A stretch of 43,947 bases of DNA from Candidatus Gottesmanbacteria bacterium UBA6580 (GTDB lineage: Bacteria; Patescibacteriota; Microgenomatia; UBA10105; UBA927), in assembly GCA_002433895.1 (NCBI GenBank), contig DJJA01000001.1, forward strand, positions 81,438 through 125,384, in the 5' to 3' direction. Numbering within the stretch: position 1 is the stretch's first letter; every line of letters begins with the position of its first letter. The position numbers and the translations under genes are program-made. Shown here piece by piece: positions 27,820 through 37,614 of the stretch. Under the pieces are notes generated by a model, which worked only from the letters and a program-made list of their open reading frames with translations, was not told where the DNA came from and searched no databases.

Positions 27820-28038
27820 ATGAAGAAAAAACGCATCACCCATAAGAAGCATCACGTAATACGCGCAACCCGCACAAAGAGACCAGCAGAAGGCTATCTC
27901 GTCGTCGTACGGAGTTGGATGCTGCTTGTCATGTTTGCGCTTATGCTAGGCCTTGGAGCAGTTGTCGGCACGTATCTTAATGCACAGTCAGCAGTCAACG
28001 ACCCCGCCGTTGCTGGCGTTCAGGTAGAAGCTAAATAA
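27820..28038 (+). CDS. Small single-pass membrane protein
   Basis: 72 aa; basic N-terminus, TM WMLLVMFALMLGLGAVVGTYL, C-terminal AVAGV motif; lies just downstream of a promoter. Confidence 0.8.
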   Translation: MKKKRITHKKHHVIRATRTKRPAEGYLVVVRSWMLLVMFALMLGLGAVVGTYLNAQSAVNDPAVAGVQVEAK

Positions 28039-28074
28039 TCCTCCCTGTTTCCTATTCGTCATATCATTGATTTC

Positions 28075-28083
28075 TGTTATAAT
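28075..28083 (+). promoter_or_regulatory. Extended -10 promoter upstream of tRNA-Ala(CGC)
   Basis: TGtTATAAT ending 16 nt before the tRNA. Confidence 0.6.
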
Positions 28084-28099
28084 CTTTCTGTTCCTAGAG

Positions 28100-28175
28100 G
28101 GGCCTGTAGCTTAGTTGGTAGAGCGCCGCATTCGCATTGCGGAGATCAGCGGTTCGACTCCGCTCAGGTCCACCA
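28100..28175 (+). tRNA. tRNA-Ala(CGC)
   Basis: Acceptor GGGCCTG/CAGGTCC with G3:U70, anticodon arm CCGCA-TTCGCAT-TGCGG, T-loop TTCGACT, encoded CCA. Confidence 0.96.
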
Positions 28176-28318
28176 ATATTTTGATACATACGATCCGTAT
28201 AAGCCAAGAAGCATATAAAAGAAGGGTATAATCGTTGCGGCGTGCGGTTGCGATTAAATAGCCGCAACACAACCTAGGAAAGAAAGCTGGAAGGGAAACA
28301 ATAGTTTCCCGTCCAAAG

Positions 28319-28389
28319 GGGCCCGTAGTACACCGGTAGTATATCTCCATGGCATGGAGGAGAAAGGGGTTCAATTCCCCTCGGGTCCA
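28319..28389 (+). tRNA. tRNA-Ala(GGC)
   Basis: Acceptor GGGCCCG/CGGGTCC with G3:U70, anticodon loop ATGGCAT, T-arm AGGGG-TTCAATT-CCCCT; CCA is not encoded. Confidence 0.92.
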
Positions 28390-28397
28390 CAGATAGA

Positions 28398-29483
28398 TTA
28401 TTTGAGGAAAGAGCTCGGATTCAACGGAGTGCCATTTCTCCGCACCTCGAAATGTAAATGGGTACCGGTGGAGCGTCCGGTAGACCCCATTTTGCCAATC
28501 ACCTGCCCACGGGATACACTATCACCCGCTTTTACGTATATCTCACTCATGTGTGCGTACAGCGTCGACAATCCATCACCATTATCGATAATCGCGTGCC
28601 TCCCATAGCCGTAATTCAAGTACTGCACCGATATAACTGTCCCCGCCCCCGCTGCAGTAATCGGTGGTTGGCTCGGATTAGCTATGTCAAATGCCATATG
28701 GTACCAAACGGGGTACTGCGAAATACTTCCCACTGTTGGCCAAGCAAACTGGCCGCTTCCTCCTGCGGCAAGCGGTGACGCGGCAAATGGGCGCGGCGCC
28801 AATGGCGCTGCCTGCGGCATAACGCCATCGGGCACGACCAATGTTTGCCCTACACTCAGGGCAAACGTATCAAGATCAGTAAAATCATTAAACGGAAAGT
28901 TTACTATCTTTTGTGCTTCGGTCTTATATTTTTTTGCAATAGAATAGACCGTCTCCCCTTCTCTGACTTTATGCACCATACCGGTCACTGGTGGTATTTT
29001 TAAATCCTGTCCTATGGTCAAACTATCTCTTTTTAGATCATTTGCCCACTTTATACTATCAACAGACACACCAAATTTTTGCGCAACAGTTGATAGAGTA
29101 TCACCGCTTTGTATCTGGTATGTAATAATTTGATCCCTTGGTTTTTCCGATACTTGTGTCTGCACACCATATTCTGATAAATCCAAGCTCGTGACTACAG
29201 CAGAAGGTGGTGTAAAATCCGCAAGTGCCCGGGCACTTCCTCCGGGATACGCATTAGCAAGAATTGGCGCGGAAATAATAGCAGCAAGAACTAGCACGCT
29301 TACAGAAAAATGCAGAAATGGCCGCTGGTATCCGCCACGTCTCGCCATCAGAATGTCGACCAACACATCTTTGTTGGTTTCAAACCAATTGCCAAAACGC
29401 CGTAGCTTGCGGGAAAGATAATGATACCAGCCTGCCTGCCACAACCGCACATCATCACGGAATAATTGGAACCGTTTTCTCAT
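28398..29483 (-). CDS. LysM + M23 family peptidoglycan endopeptidase
   Basis: TM segment, two LysM domains (YQIQSGDTLSTVAQKFGV; HKVREGETVYSIAKKY), M23 motifs HMAFD, YAHM and STGTHLHFE. Confidence 0.95.
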   Translation of the reverse strand: MRKRFQLFRDDVRLWQAGWYHYLSRKLRRFGNWFETNKDVLVDILMARRGGYQRPFLHFSVSVLVLAAIISAPILANAYPGGSARALADFTPPSAVVTSLDLSEYGVQTQVSEKPRDQIITYQIQSGDTLSTVAQKFGVSVDSIKWANDLKRDSLTIGQDLKIPPVTGMVHKVREGETVYSIAKKYKTEAQKIVNFPFNDFTDLDTFALSVGQTLVVPDGVMPQAAPLAPRPFAASPLAAGGSGQFAWPTVGSISQYPVWYHMAFDIANPSQPPITAAGAGTVISVQYLNYGYGRHAIIDNGDGLSTLYAHMSEIYVKAGDSVSRGQVIGKMGSTGRSTGTHLHFEVRRNGTPLNPSSFLK

Positions 29484-29804
29484 ATTCTAGGAGGCTAGAG
29501 TAACATAAATACTTTGCTTCGACAAATGAACACGTATCGTTTTCAGCAAATTAGGCCATCAGAACGCGACATATACGTTATGTGATGTCGAAAATGACGA
29601 ACGGATGACTGTGTAATGATTTGGCGACCTTACCCCGAGCTTACACATCAATAAAGTGCATCATACCGGCTCATCAGCACAAAAAAACAACATGTACGAA
29701 GCTATATTTCCCAAATAAACAAAGAGCAGTGGGGTTTTCATCGGGTTTCACCCGATCCGCGTCGAGAAAAATCCTCTCGGGTTTGCCTCCAAACGGGTAA
29801 GGTG

Positions 29805-31535
29805 TTATCCCTGTGCGAGGCTTTTGAGGAATTCAGCGTTGTCTTTGGTTTTACCCAAACGATCGATAAGCATCTGCGTGCGTTCTTCGTCCGACAGCAG
29901 ATGCAGCATATGCCGCAGGGTAGTCACCTGCTTCATAAGGTCCTCACCAAGAAGGAGTTCATCATGGCGGGTACCGGACTTACCGACATCAATAGCCGGG
30001 AAAATTCTCCGCTCTTGTAAGGCACGGGAAAGATGAAGCTCCATGTTTCCTGTACCTTTGAACTCTTCGTAAATTAAATCATCCATCCGGCTCCCGGTTT
30101 CAACGAGTGCCGTACCGATAATCGTCAAACTGCCACCATCGGTTGCGCGCTTTACGACCGGTGTTTCGCCGGTAGCGGCTTTTGCCTGCTCTTCTGGAGT
30201 CACAAACGGTTCATTGCATCGGGCGGCGCCTAAAAATTTCTTCGCAGGATATAACGCTGCGGGATCAAATCCTCCGGTAAGCGTGCGTCCCGACGGATTA
30301 ACTACCAGATTATAGGCACGCGCCAGTCTCGTAATCGAGTCAAGTAAAATGACTACGTCATGTCCCATTTCAATCAGTCGTTTCGCGCGGTCAAGTGCTA
30401 CCTCAGCGACTCTCGTCTGATGTTCGGGAGATTCATCAAAATTCGAGGCATAAACTTCGCCTTTTACTGACCGGGAAATATCGGTAACTTCTTCTGGCCG
30501 TTCACCGATTAATACCGCCATCAAGTGAACTTCAGGATAATTTACCGAAATCCCTGCGGCAAGTTCTTTGAGGATGGTCGTTTTTCCGGCTTTCGGCGGA
30601 CTTACCACCAAGCCCCGTTGCCCAAATCCAATAGGTGCAAGCAGATCGATAATACGGGTCGAGAGTGGTTTGTCGCCAGTTTCGAGACGCAATAGCTTAT
30701 TTGGATATACCGGCACAAGATCTTCAAACCGCGGACGGTTTTCCATCTGTTCCGCAAGTAATTCATTTACCTTTTCTACTTTGAGAAGTCCCCAATACCG
30801 TTCGTTATCCTTGGGAGGTCTCGCTTGGCCTTCAACCATATCGCCGTTACGAAGTAAAAATCTTCGGATTTGTGACTGGGAAATATACACGTCACGTTCA
30901 CTTGGGGTATATTTCGGACGCAAAAATCCATGCCCATCCGGCATAGTATCGAGCACTCCGCGGACTGTTTCTGTTGGTACATCCACATCCGGAGTAAAAG
31001 CAGCGGGAGCGTCATTAAAATCACGACGGGGTGCCCGGTCAAACCCTGCATCCCGCGAATACCCTTCGTCACGCCGATACCCACCATTACCACTAAAACC
31101 GCCACCACCGTTTCCCCGATGAAAGTCACGGTTATACCGGTCTCCACCGCCATACCCGCCACGATGGCCGCCCCGGTCAAATCTTCCTCTTCCGCCGCCA
31201 CCACCGCGTCCAAAATCCCTTCTGCCGCGATCATTTGATTGTTGTGGCTGATACGAACCACGGTCGCCGCTGTATGGCGCCGCTGCCGCCGGCTCACGGG
31301 GTGATATTACGGGTGCTACTACATCTTTCAGTATTTCTTTTTTCTCTCCTACGGGCGCTCCGACCAGATCCTCAATACTCAGGGTCGGAGATGTGGTTTC
31401 GGAAGGTGCTTCCGGCTTTTCTTCCACGGCTACGGGCACCTTTGATTTTACTTCCTTTTTAGGTTCCTTGAGAACGTCAGGCTCCACAGAAGCTTTTTTT
31501 GTTGCAGATGTTTTACGTGTTGCTTTAAAAGCCAT
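29805..31535 (-). CDS. rho: Transcription termination factor Rho with a long disordered N-terminal extension
   Basis: DGHGFLR, DVYISQSQIRRF, PIGFGQR, PPKAGKT, IGERPEEVT, LDSITRLARAYN, EEFKGTGNME. ATG at 31535 (MAFK) preferred over TTG at 31556. Confidence 0.97.
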   Translation of the reverse strand: MAFKATRKTSATKKASVEPDVLKEPKKEVKSKVPVAVEEKPEAPSETTSPTLSIEDLVGAPVGEKKEILKDVVAPVISPREPAAAAPYSGDRGSYQPQQSNDRGRRDFGRGGGGGRGRFDRGGHRGGYGGGDRYNRDFHRGNGGGGFSGNGGYRRDEGYSRDAGFDRAPRRDFNDAPAAFTPDVDVPTETVRGVLDTMPDGHGFLRPKYTPSERDVYISQSQIRRFLLRNGDMVEGQARPPKDNERYWGLLKVEKVNELLAEQMENRPRFEDLVPVYPNKLLRLETGDKPLSTRIIDLLAPIGFGQRGLVVSPPKAGKTTILKELAAGISVNYPEVHLMAVLIGERPEEVTDISRSVKGEVYASNFDESPEHQTRVAEVALDRAKRLIEMGHDVVILLDSITRLARAYNLVVNPSGRTLTGGFDPAALYPAKKFLGAARCNEPFVTPEEQAKAATGETPVVKRATDGGSLTIIGTALVETGSRMDDLIYEEFKGTGNMELHLSRALQERRIFPAIDVGKSGTRHDELLLGEDLMKQVTTLRHMLHLLSDEERTQMLIDRLGKTKDNAEFLKSLAQG

Positions 31536-31719
31536 AGATAATTTGGGAGGCGTCAAAATATTTGGTTAGTTAGTTTCTTGTACCTCAAAGAGATAAGACT
31601 ATTTAAGAAAGAATTCGCACAGATTCTCTGTTTGACAATTCATGGGAAAGACCAGACATACTACAGAGGAGTCGTAATCTTGCCCTATTTAACCAGAATA
31701 GCCGCCACTTTGTCAAGTA

Positions 31720-33933
31720 TTAGTTTGTCCTGCCATATATGACTGTTTCACCACTTTGATAGACAATATCCCCGAGTTCTGCAAACTTCCACTCCGCAAT
31801 ATTGGGGTATTTTTCCCGTTCAAGTACACCTACAATGATGTACCGCACCTTATAGTGGTCTAAAATACGCCGTGTTTCCTCAATATCCTCTGATTCATAA
31901 ATCATACCGACGTCTTCCCGCCGCGGACTGACCGCATCATACGTGCCACGCCATAACCATTCATGTACCGCCCACCCGATAATTGTCGGAATACCGGTAA
32001 ACACAGAAAACCGCTCATAATCAGTATAGCTGTCACCGTCCGCCTCAACGAGCGTTATTCCATCCGGAACCTGTTGCTGCCGCAACCATAGTATGGCCGC
32101 ATAATCATCCGGGTACTCCAGGGCAAGCCACGTCGACCCATTCAATCCATCATACTGCTGCAACCTACCAAAATAGCTCGGCACAGAAAATCCAGGATAA
32201 ATAACCACGAAAAATAATTGCGGGATAAGGAGGAGGATTAATATTTTTTTCGCCCACCGTCTCGCTACGGAGGCAATACGCGCACGCGCGAGCAGGAAAA
32301 AATGCACAATGGCATACGACGATATAATGCTCCACATAATAAATGCCTGATAGCCAAGCTTAAACATGGTGTTGGAGCGGAAATGCTGCGGATAAATATC
32401 TTTAAAATAAAAGAATTCGGGGAATATAATCAGCGCAAACGCAAAAAAGAAGAACAACAACAGCACATGTTCTGTATGGGTAAATTTTGTATTCCACAAT
32501 GTTTTTATATCACGTAAATACTTGATTTTATCTACTTTTGAAAATAGAAAAAGGCCACCGCAGAACCAAAAAAATCCCCAGAGAACCCATAACATCCACA
32601 ATGGTGACCGCTGACACTTCTCTACCCCTTCAAACAGTAACGGACCAATCCTGCTGTGTGCAAAAAATGGTATTGGGCAGTTCACGGCCACACCATTTAC
32701 AAACGATTTAAAATGAAGAAGAAACGGAAGGCTCGTAAGTGCTGCGACGAGTAACACCAACCCCGCTGACAACCCCCACTGTTTCCATGTTTTTTTAGGC
32801 TGTCGCGCGGCAAACACCACAATAACAAACGTTAACAACCCAAAATATATCGGTCCATCAAGGGCGTTTGTCATCAGCAACACCCCCACCAAAAATCCGT
32901 AGGTTCCCAAAAGCACAAAGTCGGTGGGCGCTTTCTCTTTCGTCAGGGACTGCACAAACGCGATAATAAGGCCCAATGCGAGAAGTACAAACGGTATGGA
33001 AAGCACATGTCCATGAATATCAGAAACGACAAACGAATAACTGGGAAACTCATGGATAGTATACGGAATAAACCGTGTGGCATTTGCGTACCAATACCGC
33101 TGGAGGCCCTCTGGTAAACGCTGTAAAAACTCACCCCACCTCCATAGAATTGTCCAAAACGGAACAACATCTTCACCCGTATACCCTTGGGTAAACGCAT
33201 AAATCGTCTGCATATTGCCCGAAAGCGTCACCAAATATGCCGTCAGAGCGCCGCCGATGACCGCGACCAGCCGCTTTCGTGCCGCCACAAACGGAGAAGT
33301 GCTCATGAGCTGGAATCCGATTGAATAACTCATAGTAAGACATAAGGCAAATATCGTCGAAAGCATCACATTAAACGTCACCATGAGGTCAAGACCGGAC
33401 AATTTAGTAATAAGCGCTGTCATCAAATGCCCAAAGTAGTAGTAATTTATCGGAAATGGCGGGTACCACATGTCGGGAGGCGGAAAATACGTACTCCGCA
33501 GCGCAGACTGCATAAAACCGTAGTCCATAAACTTCTCGAGCCCCCGCAAGGACGGCTCGTGTGCTTTTATCCATGACCAAAACAAAAGGGCGAATAAAAA
33601 TATGATTTCTTCTGTGACTATGGTGAGTGTGGTTTTTTTCCACCCGCGATCACTACTCTCCCCTTTCACTACCCGGGGCTGCAACACAACGCCCACCACA
33701 AACACCCCAATAATTGCCCCCGAGATGGTAATGATGGTGAACGGCGCAATTTTAGCCATTCCCAGGACATAGACGACCCACGTCACCATAGCGAGGCCTA
33801 TGGATTTGGCAAAAAAATAACCAGCGTCATGCCAGTTCGGAAATAACCGTTTCGCTAGAGGATACGCGGCGCTCCCCACAAGAAATAATGTTCCCCACCA
33901 TCGTAAAACCTGGAAAAAATCGGTAAGTGGCAT
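31720..33933 (-). CDS. DUF2298 (Chlor_Arch_YYY-type) multi-pass membrane protein, probable GT-C glycosyltransferase
   Basis: EKFMD, PPPDMW, INYYYFGH, IHEFP..SF...DIHGH, NTMFKL, PTIIGW..HE.LWR. Start at ATG 33933 (MPLTD) or 33969. Confidence 0.88.
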   Translation of the reverse strand: MPLTDFFQVLRWWGTLFLVGSAAYPLAKRLFPNWHDAGYFFAKSIGLAMVTWVVYVLGMAKIAPFTIITISGAIIGVFVVGVVLQPRVVKGESSDRGWKKTTLTIVTEEIIFLFALLFWSWIKAHEPSLRGLEKFMDYGFMQSALRSTYFPPPDMWYPPFPINYYYFGHLMTALITKLSGLDLMVTFNVMLSTIFALCLTMSYSIGFQLMSTSPFVAARKRLVAVIGGALTAYLVTLSGNMQTIYAFTQGYTGEDVVPFWTILWRWGEFLQRLPEGLQRYWYANATRFIPYTIHEFPSYSFVVSDIHGHVLSIPFVLLALGLIIAFVQSLTKEKAPTDFVLLGTYGFLVGVLLMTNALDGPIYFGLLTFVIVVFAARQPKKTWKQWGLSAGLVLLVAALTSLPFLLHFKSFVNGVAVNCPIPFFAHSRIGPLLFEGVEKCQRSPLWMLWVLWGFFWFCGGLFLFSKVDKIKYLRDIKTLWNTKFTHTEHVLLLFFFFAFALIIFPEFFYFKDIYPQHFRSNTMFKLGYQAFIMWSIISSYAIVHFFLLARARIASVARRWAKKILILLLIPQLFFVVIYPGFSVPSYFGRLQQYDGLNGSTWLALEYPDDYAAILWLRQQQVPDGITLVEADGDSYTDYERFSVFTGIPTIIGWAVHEWLWRGTYDAVSPRREDVGMIYESEDIEETRRILDHYKVRYIIVGVLEREKYPNIAEWKFAELGDIVYQSGETVIYGRTN

Positions 33934-33946
33934 ATACGTCAGATGT

Positions 33947-34543
33947 TTAGGCTTTCCCTTGTCCGACAAAAACCCGTTTTACTTCCTGTTTTTGCTCGCG
34001 CCGCAACAGGATCCCATCAACTGCCCCTACTACACGGCGGGCAAGCGGTGCCCCATACCGGTAGGCGGCATCAACAAAACGGGTAACTGGCCGGACCCCC
34101 CAAAACACACCACCAATTCCCACTCCTGCAAGCCCACGCGTCATGCGTGGTCGTATGTCGGCTTTCATCATGCCTTCGGCAGTCGCCTGTACGTCCTTAT
34201 CAAGTAGACTGACACTCTTTTCTACTGATCGTTTCTCGAGCAGCCCGCCAATAAGTCCTTCGGCTGCCAAACCGGTACCCACAAGCCCAAGCGTCATGTC
34301 AATAGCAGCGGCACTCATTTCAATATTTTTACCTATTGATGCAATTTTCGGACGGACTTTCTCAACAACAGCCTTCCCTTTTTTCGACGTAACAACAGGA
34401 ATAACGCTTTCAAACGCTTTGACGACAGATGTTTCCACCGGTGACACCTGTAAATATTTATCATGGAGCGCCACGATACGATCGCGTACTGTTTGTACCA
34501 CCGGACTATTCACTTTTACCTCATGATGTAATGATTCCGCCAT
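33947..34543 (-). CDS. Hypothetical protein with two hydrophobic segments
   Basis: 198-aa ATG ORF, co-directional and tightly spaced with the DUF2298 gene. Confidence 0.75.
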   Translation of the reverse strand: MAESLHHEVKVNSPVVQTVRDRIVALHDKYLQVSPVETSVVKAFESVIPVVTSKKGKAVVEKVRPKIASIGKNIEMSAAAIDMTLGLVGTGLAAEGLIGGLLEKRSVEKSVSLLDKDVQATAEGMMKADIRPRMTRGLAGVGIGGVFWGVRPVTRFVDAAYRYGAPLARRVVGAVDGILLRREQKQEVKRVFVGQGKA

Positions 34544-34619
34544 ATACGTACTGTTACGTATACGTTAGCACAAACAACAATAAAAAGTGAGAGTGAGCGT
34601 GCGTGTTACAATGTATGGC

Positions 34620-35921
34620 ATGCGAATTGCAATTATTGGTGGCGGCTTTACCGGGCTCACCGCAGGGTACTCCCTCGCTCAAGCCGGACATCACGTTACC
34701 ATCTTTGAAAAAGAACCCCACCTTGGGGGGCTTGCGTATGGATTTAAGGAAAAAAGCTGGAATTGGCATCTTGAAGGCGCATATCATCATCTGTTTACCA
34801 ACGACACCGATATTATTTCGCTTATCCGCGAGCTTGGGCTCCGCGACAAACTTATTATCACCCGCCCGGTCACATCCACCCTGTGGGAGGGTCACATGCA
34901 TCAGCTCGATTCGCCGCTCCATCTGCTGCGCTTCCCCGGCTTATCACTGGTGAGCAAATTCCGCACCGCAACACTCCTCGGATTTTTGAAATGCTTTCCA
35001 TTTTGGAAACTATTAGAGCGTATGACTGCGGAACGACTTGTCATTGCCATAGGCGGTAAAGAGGCGTGGAATACTATCTGGAAGCCGCTGCTGTATGGCA
35101 AATTCGGTGCACATGCGCCCACAATCGCCGCGTCATGGTTTTGGGCGCGCATCGCCAAACGCACTCCGTCGCTTTGCTATATTCACGGCGGGTTTCACAC
35201 GGTAGTCGAAGCACTTTCCAAGCATATAATTGATCTTGGAGGTACGATCCTCCAAGGCACCACGGTAAGCACCGTAACTCGGGAAAAATCCCACGGTTTT
35301 TATATCACCCACGGAAAAACACGCCAGTCATTTGATCAGGTGCTACTTACTATCCCCACCCCCATCGTGTTTTCGCTTGTTCCCGAACTTGCCAAAAGCG
35401 GGAAACACAAACAGCTCACTGCTATCTCCCACCTGCACGCCCAAACACTCATCCTCGCTACCAAAAAACCAATACTCAACCGCGTCTACTGGCTAAATGT
35501 CACCGATCAGTCCTATCCGTTTTTAGCAGCAGTAGCCCATACCAATTTTATGAACAAAAAGGACTACGGCGGGTATCATCTCACGTACTTTGGCAACTAT
35601 CTACCACACGGACACCGATATTTATCAATGACAAAACAACAGCTTTTGAAAGAATTCATGCCTTACATTAAGCGTCTCAACCCTTCCATGAACTCACAAA
35701 TCATCGCCGATTCATTTATGTTTGTAGGATTCTTTGCGCAACCCGTCCACACGATCGGGTATTCTCAAAAGATCCCCGATATCGCAACGCCAATTCCGGG
35801 GCTTTATCTGGCAAATATGGACTACATATTTCCCTGGGACAGAGGCACAAACTACGCAGTGTCACTAGGCAAAAACGCGGCAGACACCATGATGTCGTCC
35901 ATTTCTCTGCCGAACAGATAA
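34620..35921 (+). CDS. FAD-dependent oxidoreductase (amine oxidase/protoporphyrinogen oxidase-like family)
   Basis: MRIAIIGGGFTGL...EKEPHLGGLA (GxGxxG plus GG motif), YHHLF, C-terminal PWDRGTNYAV. Confidence 0.92.
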   Translation: MRIAIIGGGFTGLTAGYSLAQAGHHVTIFEKEPHLGGLAYGFKEKSWNWHLEGAYHHLFTNDTDIISLIRELGLRDKLIITRPVTSTLWEGHMHQLDSPLHLLRFPGLSLVSKFRTATLLGFLKCFPFWKLLERMTAERLVIAIGGKEAWNTIWKPLLYGKFGAHAPTIAASWFWARIAKRTPSLCYIHGGFHTVVEALSKHIIDLGGTILQGTTVSTVTREKSHGFYITHGKTRQSFDQVLLTIPTPIVFSLVPELAKSGKHKQLTAISHLHAQTLILATKKPILNRVYWLNVTDQSYPFLAAVAHTNFMNKKDYGGYHLTYFGNYLPHGHRYLSMTKQQLLKEFMPYIKRLNPSMNSQIIADSFMFVGFFAQPVHTIGYSQKIPDIATPIPGLYLANMDYIFPWDRGTNYAVSLGKNAADTMMSSISLPNR

Positions 35922-35934
35922 ATTATCAACCGCA

Positions 35935-37614
35935 ATGAAAAAATCATCACCACACGCCCGCGTTTTGGCATACTGCGGCATTGTCACCGCCCTGCTATTT
36001 TCTTTTTTCCTGATGTTTCATACATTTTCATATAATGCCGACAAACACCACATACAAATCGCCAGCAAACTCTGGAGTGATTTTGGGGCGCACATCCCGC
36101 TTATTCGTTCGTTTTCATACGGACCCAACACTCAACGACTGCTACAGGGTAAACCAATTGAGTCTCCCCTTTTCCCCGGAGAACCTATTAGATATCACTT
36201 CGGTTTTTATGCCGTCGTGGGGTTGCTCGAAAAAATCGGCATGCGCATCGATTGGGCACTCAATTCCATAAGCGCGCTTGGATTTTTTCTGCTGCTTAGA
36301 GCTCTCTTCCGATTTTCTCGAGTACTATTTTCATCTATCGCAATTTCGGTGTTGTCGGTGCTTTTTTTTATTTTTAACGGATCACTCTCTTTTCTTGCGT
36401 TTTTTCAGCAACACCCGATTAATCCCTCGACATTTATAGATATCATCTCTAACAGCAAATTTCCATCTTTTGGTCCCTGGGATAACGGACTCGTTACTGC
36501 ATTTTGGAACCTCAATATCTACACCAACCAGCGCCATCTCGCCCTCTCCTACGGCTTAGTGTTTTTCATCCTCTACCTTCTCTATCAACCGCAGAAAAAA
36601 TCGCAGATTATTGGTGTTGCTATCGGCATCTCTACTGCTATGCTGCTCTTTATAAACTTCGCGGCAGCAGGCATTGCCGCCCTCTTTTTAGGATGGGCAT
36701 TCATCATAAAAAAAGACACGAGAGCAAGCATCGTGTTTGCATCCATTATCATCATTCCCGCCGTTTTTGTTCTCCGAGCGCTCAGCTACACATCCTCACC
36801 AGTCACATGGCAACCCGGATATCTTTCGCCCCAACCCACTCCTTCGTCATTTCTGCTTTTTTGGTTCCATAACCTCGGGCTCCATAGCATCCTCATACCA
36901 ATCGGTGTTTTGTGTGCCCCAAAGCATATACGGCGTTTTTTGGCTCCCCCACTCATTATCCTGTTTATACTCCCAAATCTCTTCAAATTTTCTGCAGACA
37001 TGATCAACAATCATAAATTTTTTAACTTTTTCCTGGCGTTAGGCAATATTTTTTCGGCATACGCCGTCGTGTTGCTTATCAAACTATGGAACACCGTGCG
37101 CAACAAATGGCTCAAAAAACTAGCCCGGGGGCTCACCGCCGCGGTGCTTATCACGCTCCTCACGCTATCTGGCTTTATTGATTTATTCCCTATCTTTAAT
37201 GACACCAAGGGCAGTATTTTTGATATCCCCGCAAACCCTGACGCGCAATTTTTTCTCTCCAATACTCACCCGACCGAGGTAATCGCAAACTCCACATGGT
37301 TTTATCATCCGGCAAGCATCGCCGGCAGATCGGTGCTTTCAGGATATACCTACTTTACCTGGTCATATGGTTATAAGCAGGTTGAACGGGAACGTGCGCT
37401 GTCGCAAATTTATGAAGCGGACTCCATAACCGGCGTTTGCACTGCCGCGCGGCAAAGCGGCGTAACCCATATCGAGCTTAATCAAAATCCCGAGTCATAT
37501 CTCCTGCCTAATTTGCGGATATGGCAAACCATTACTCCTCTATATGAGAACCCGGAATCACATCTTAGGATATATAAAGTAGCAGACATCTGCGCTGACA
37601 ATGCACATGAGTAA
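35935..37614 (+). CDS. Multi-pass membrane protein, probable GT-C-fold glycosyltransferase
   Basis: WSDFGAH loop after TM1, P.FPGEPIRYHF, many TM segments, soluble C-terminal domain. Confidence 0.75.
   Translation: MKKSSPHARVLAYCGIVTALLFSFFLMFHTFSYNADKHHIQIASKLWSDFGAHIPLIRSFSYGPNTQRLLQGKPIESPLFPGEPIRYHFGFYAVVGLLEKIGMRIDWALNSISALGFFLLLRALFRFSRVLFSSIAISVLSVLFFIFNGSLSFLAFFQQHPINPSTFIDIISNSKFPSFGPWDNGLVTAFWNLNIYTNQRHLALSYGLVFFILYLLYQPQKKSQIIGVAIGISTAMLLFINFAAAGIAALFLGWAFIIKKDTRASIVFASIIIIPAVFVLRALSYTSSPVTWQPGYLSPQPTPSSFLLFWFHNLGLHSILIPIGVLCAPKHIRRFLAPPLIILFILPNLFKFSADMINNHKFFNFFLALGNIFSAYAVVLLIKLWNTVRNKWLKKLARGLTAAVLITLLTLSGFIDLFPIFNDTKGSIFDIPANPDAQFFLSNTHPTEVIANSTWFYHPASIAGRSVLSGYTYFTWSYGYKQVERERALSQIYEADSITGVCTAARQSGVTHIELNQNPESYLLPNLRIWQTITPLYENPESHLRIYKVADICADNAHE

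Noticed and set aside
28111-28374. 87-aa minus-strand ORF
   Set aside because: It is antisense to two well-formed tRNA genes.
29620-29800. CTGATGAG (hammerhead-like) and small hairpins downstream of rho
   Set aside because: No GAAA core follows the putative stem II, and the hairpins lack U-tracts, so neither a ribozyme nor a terminator is supported.
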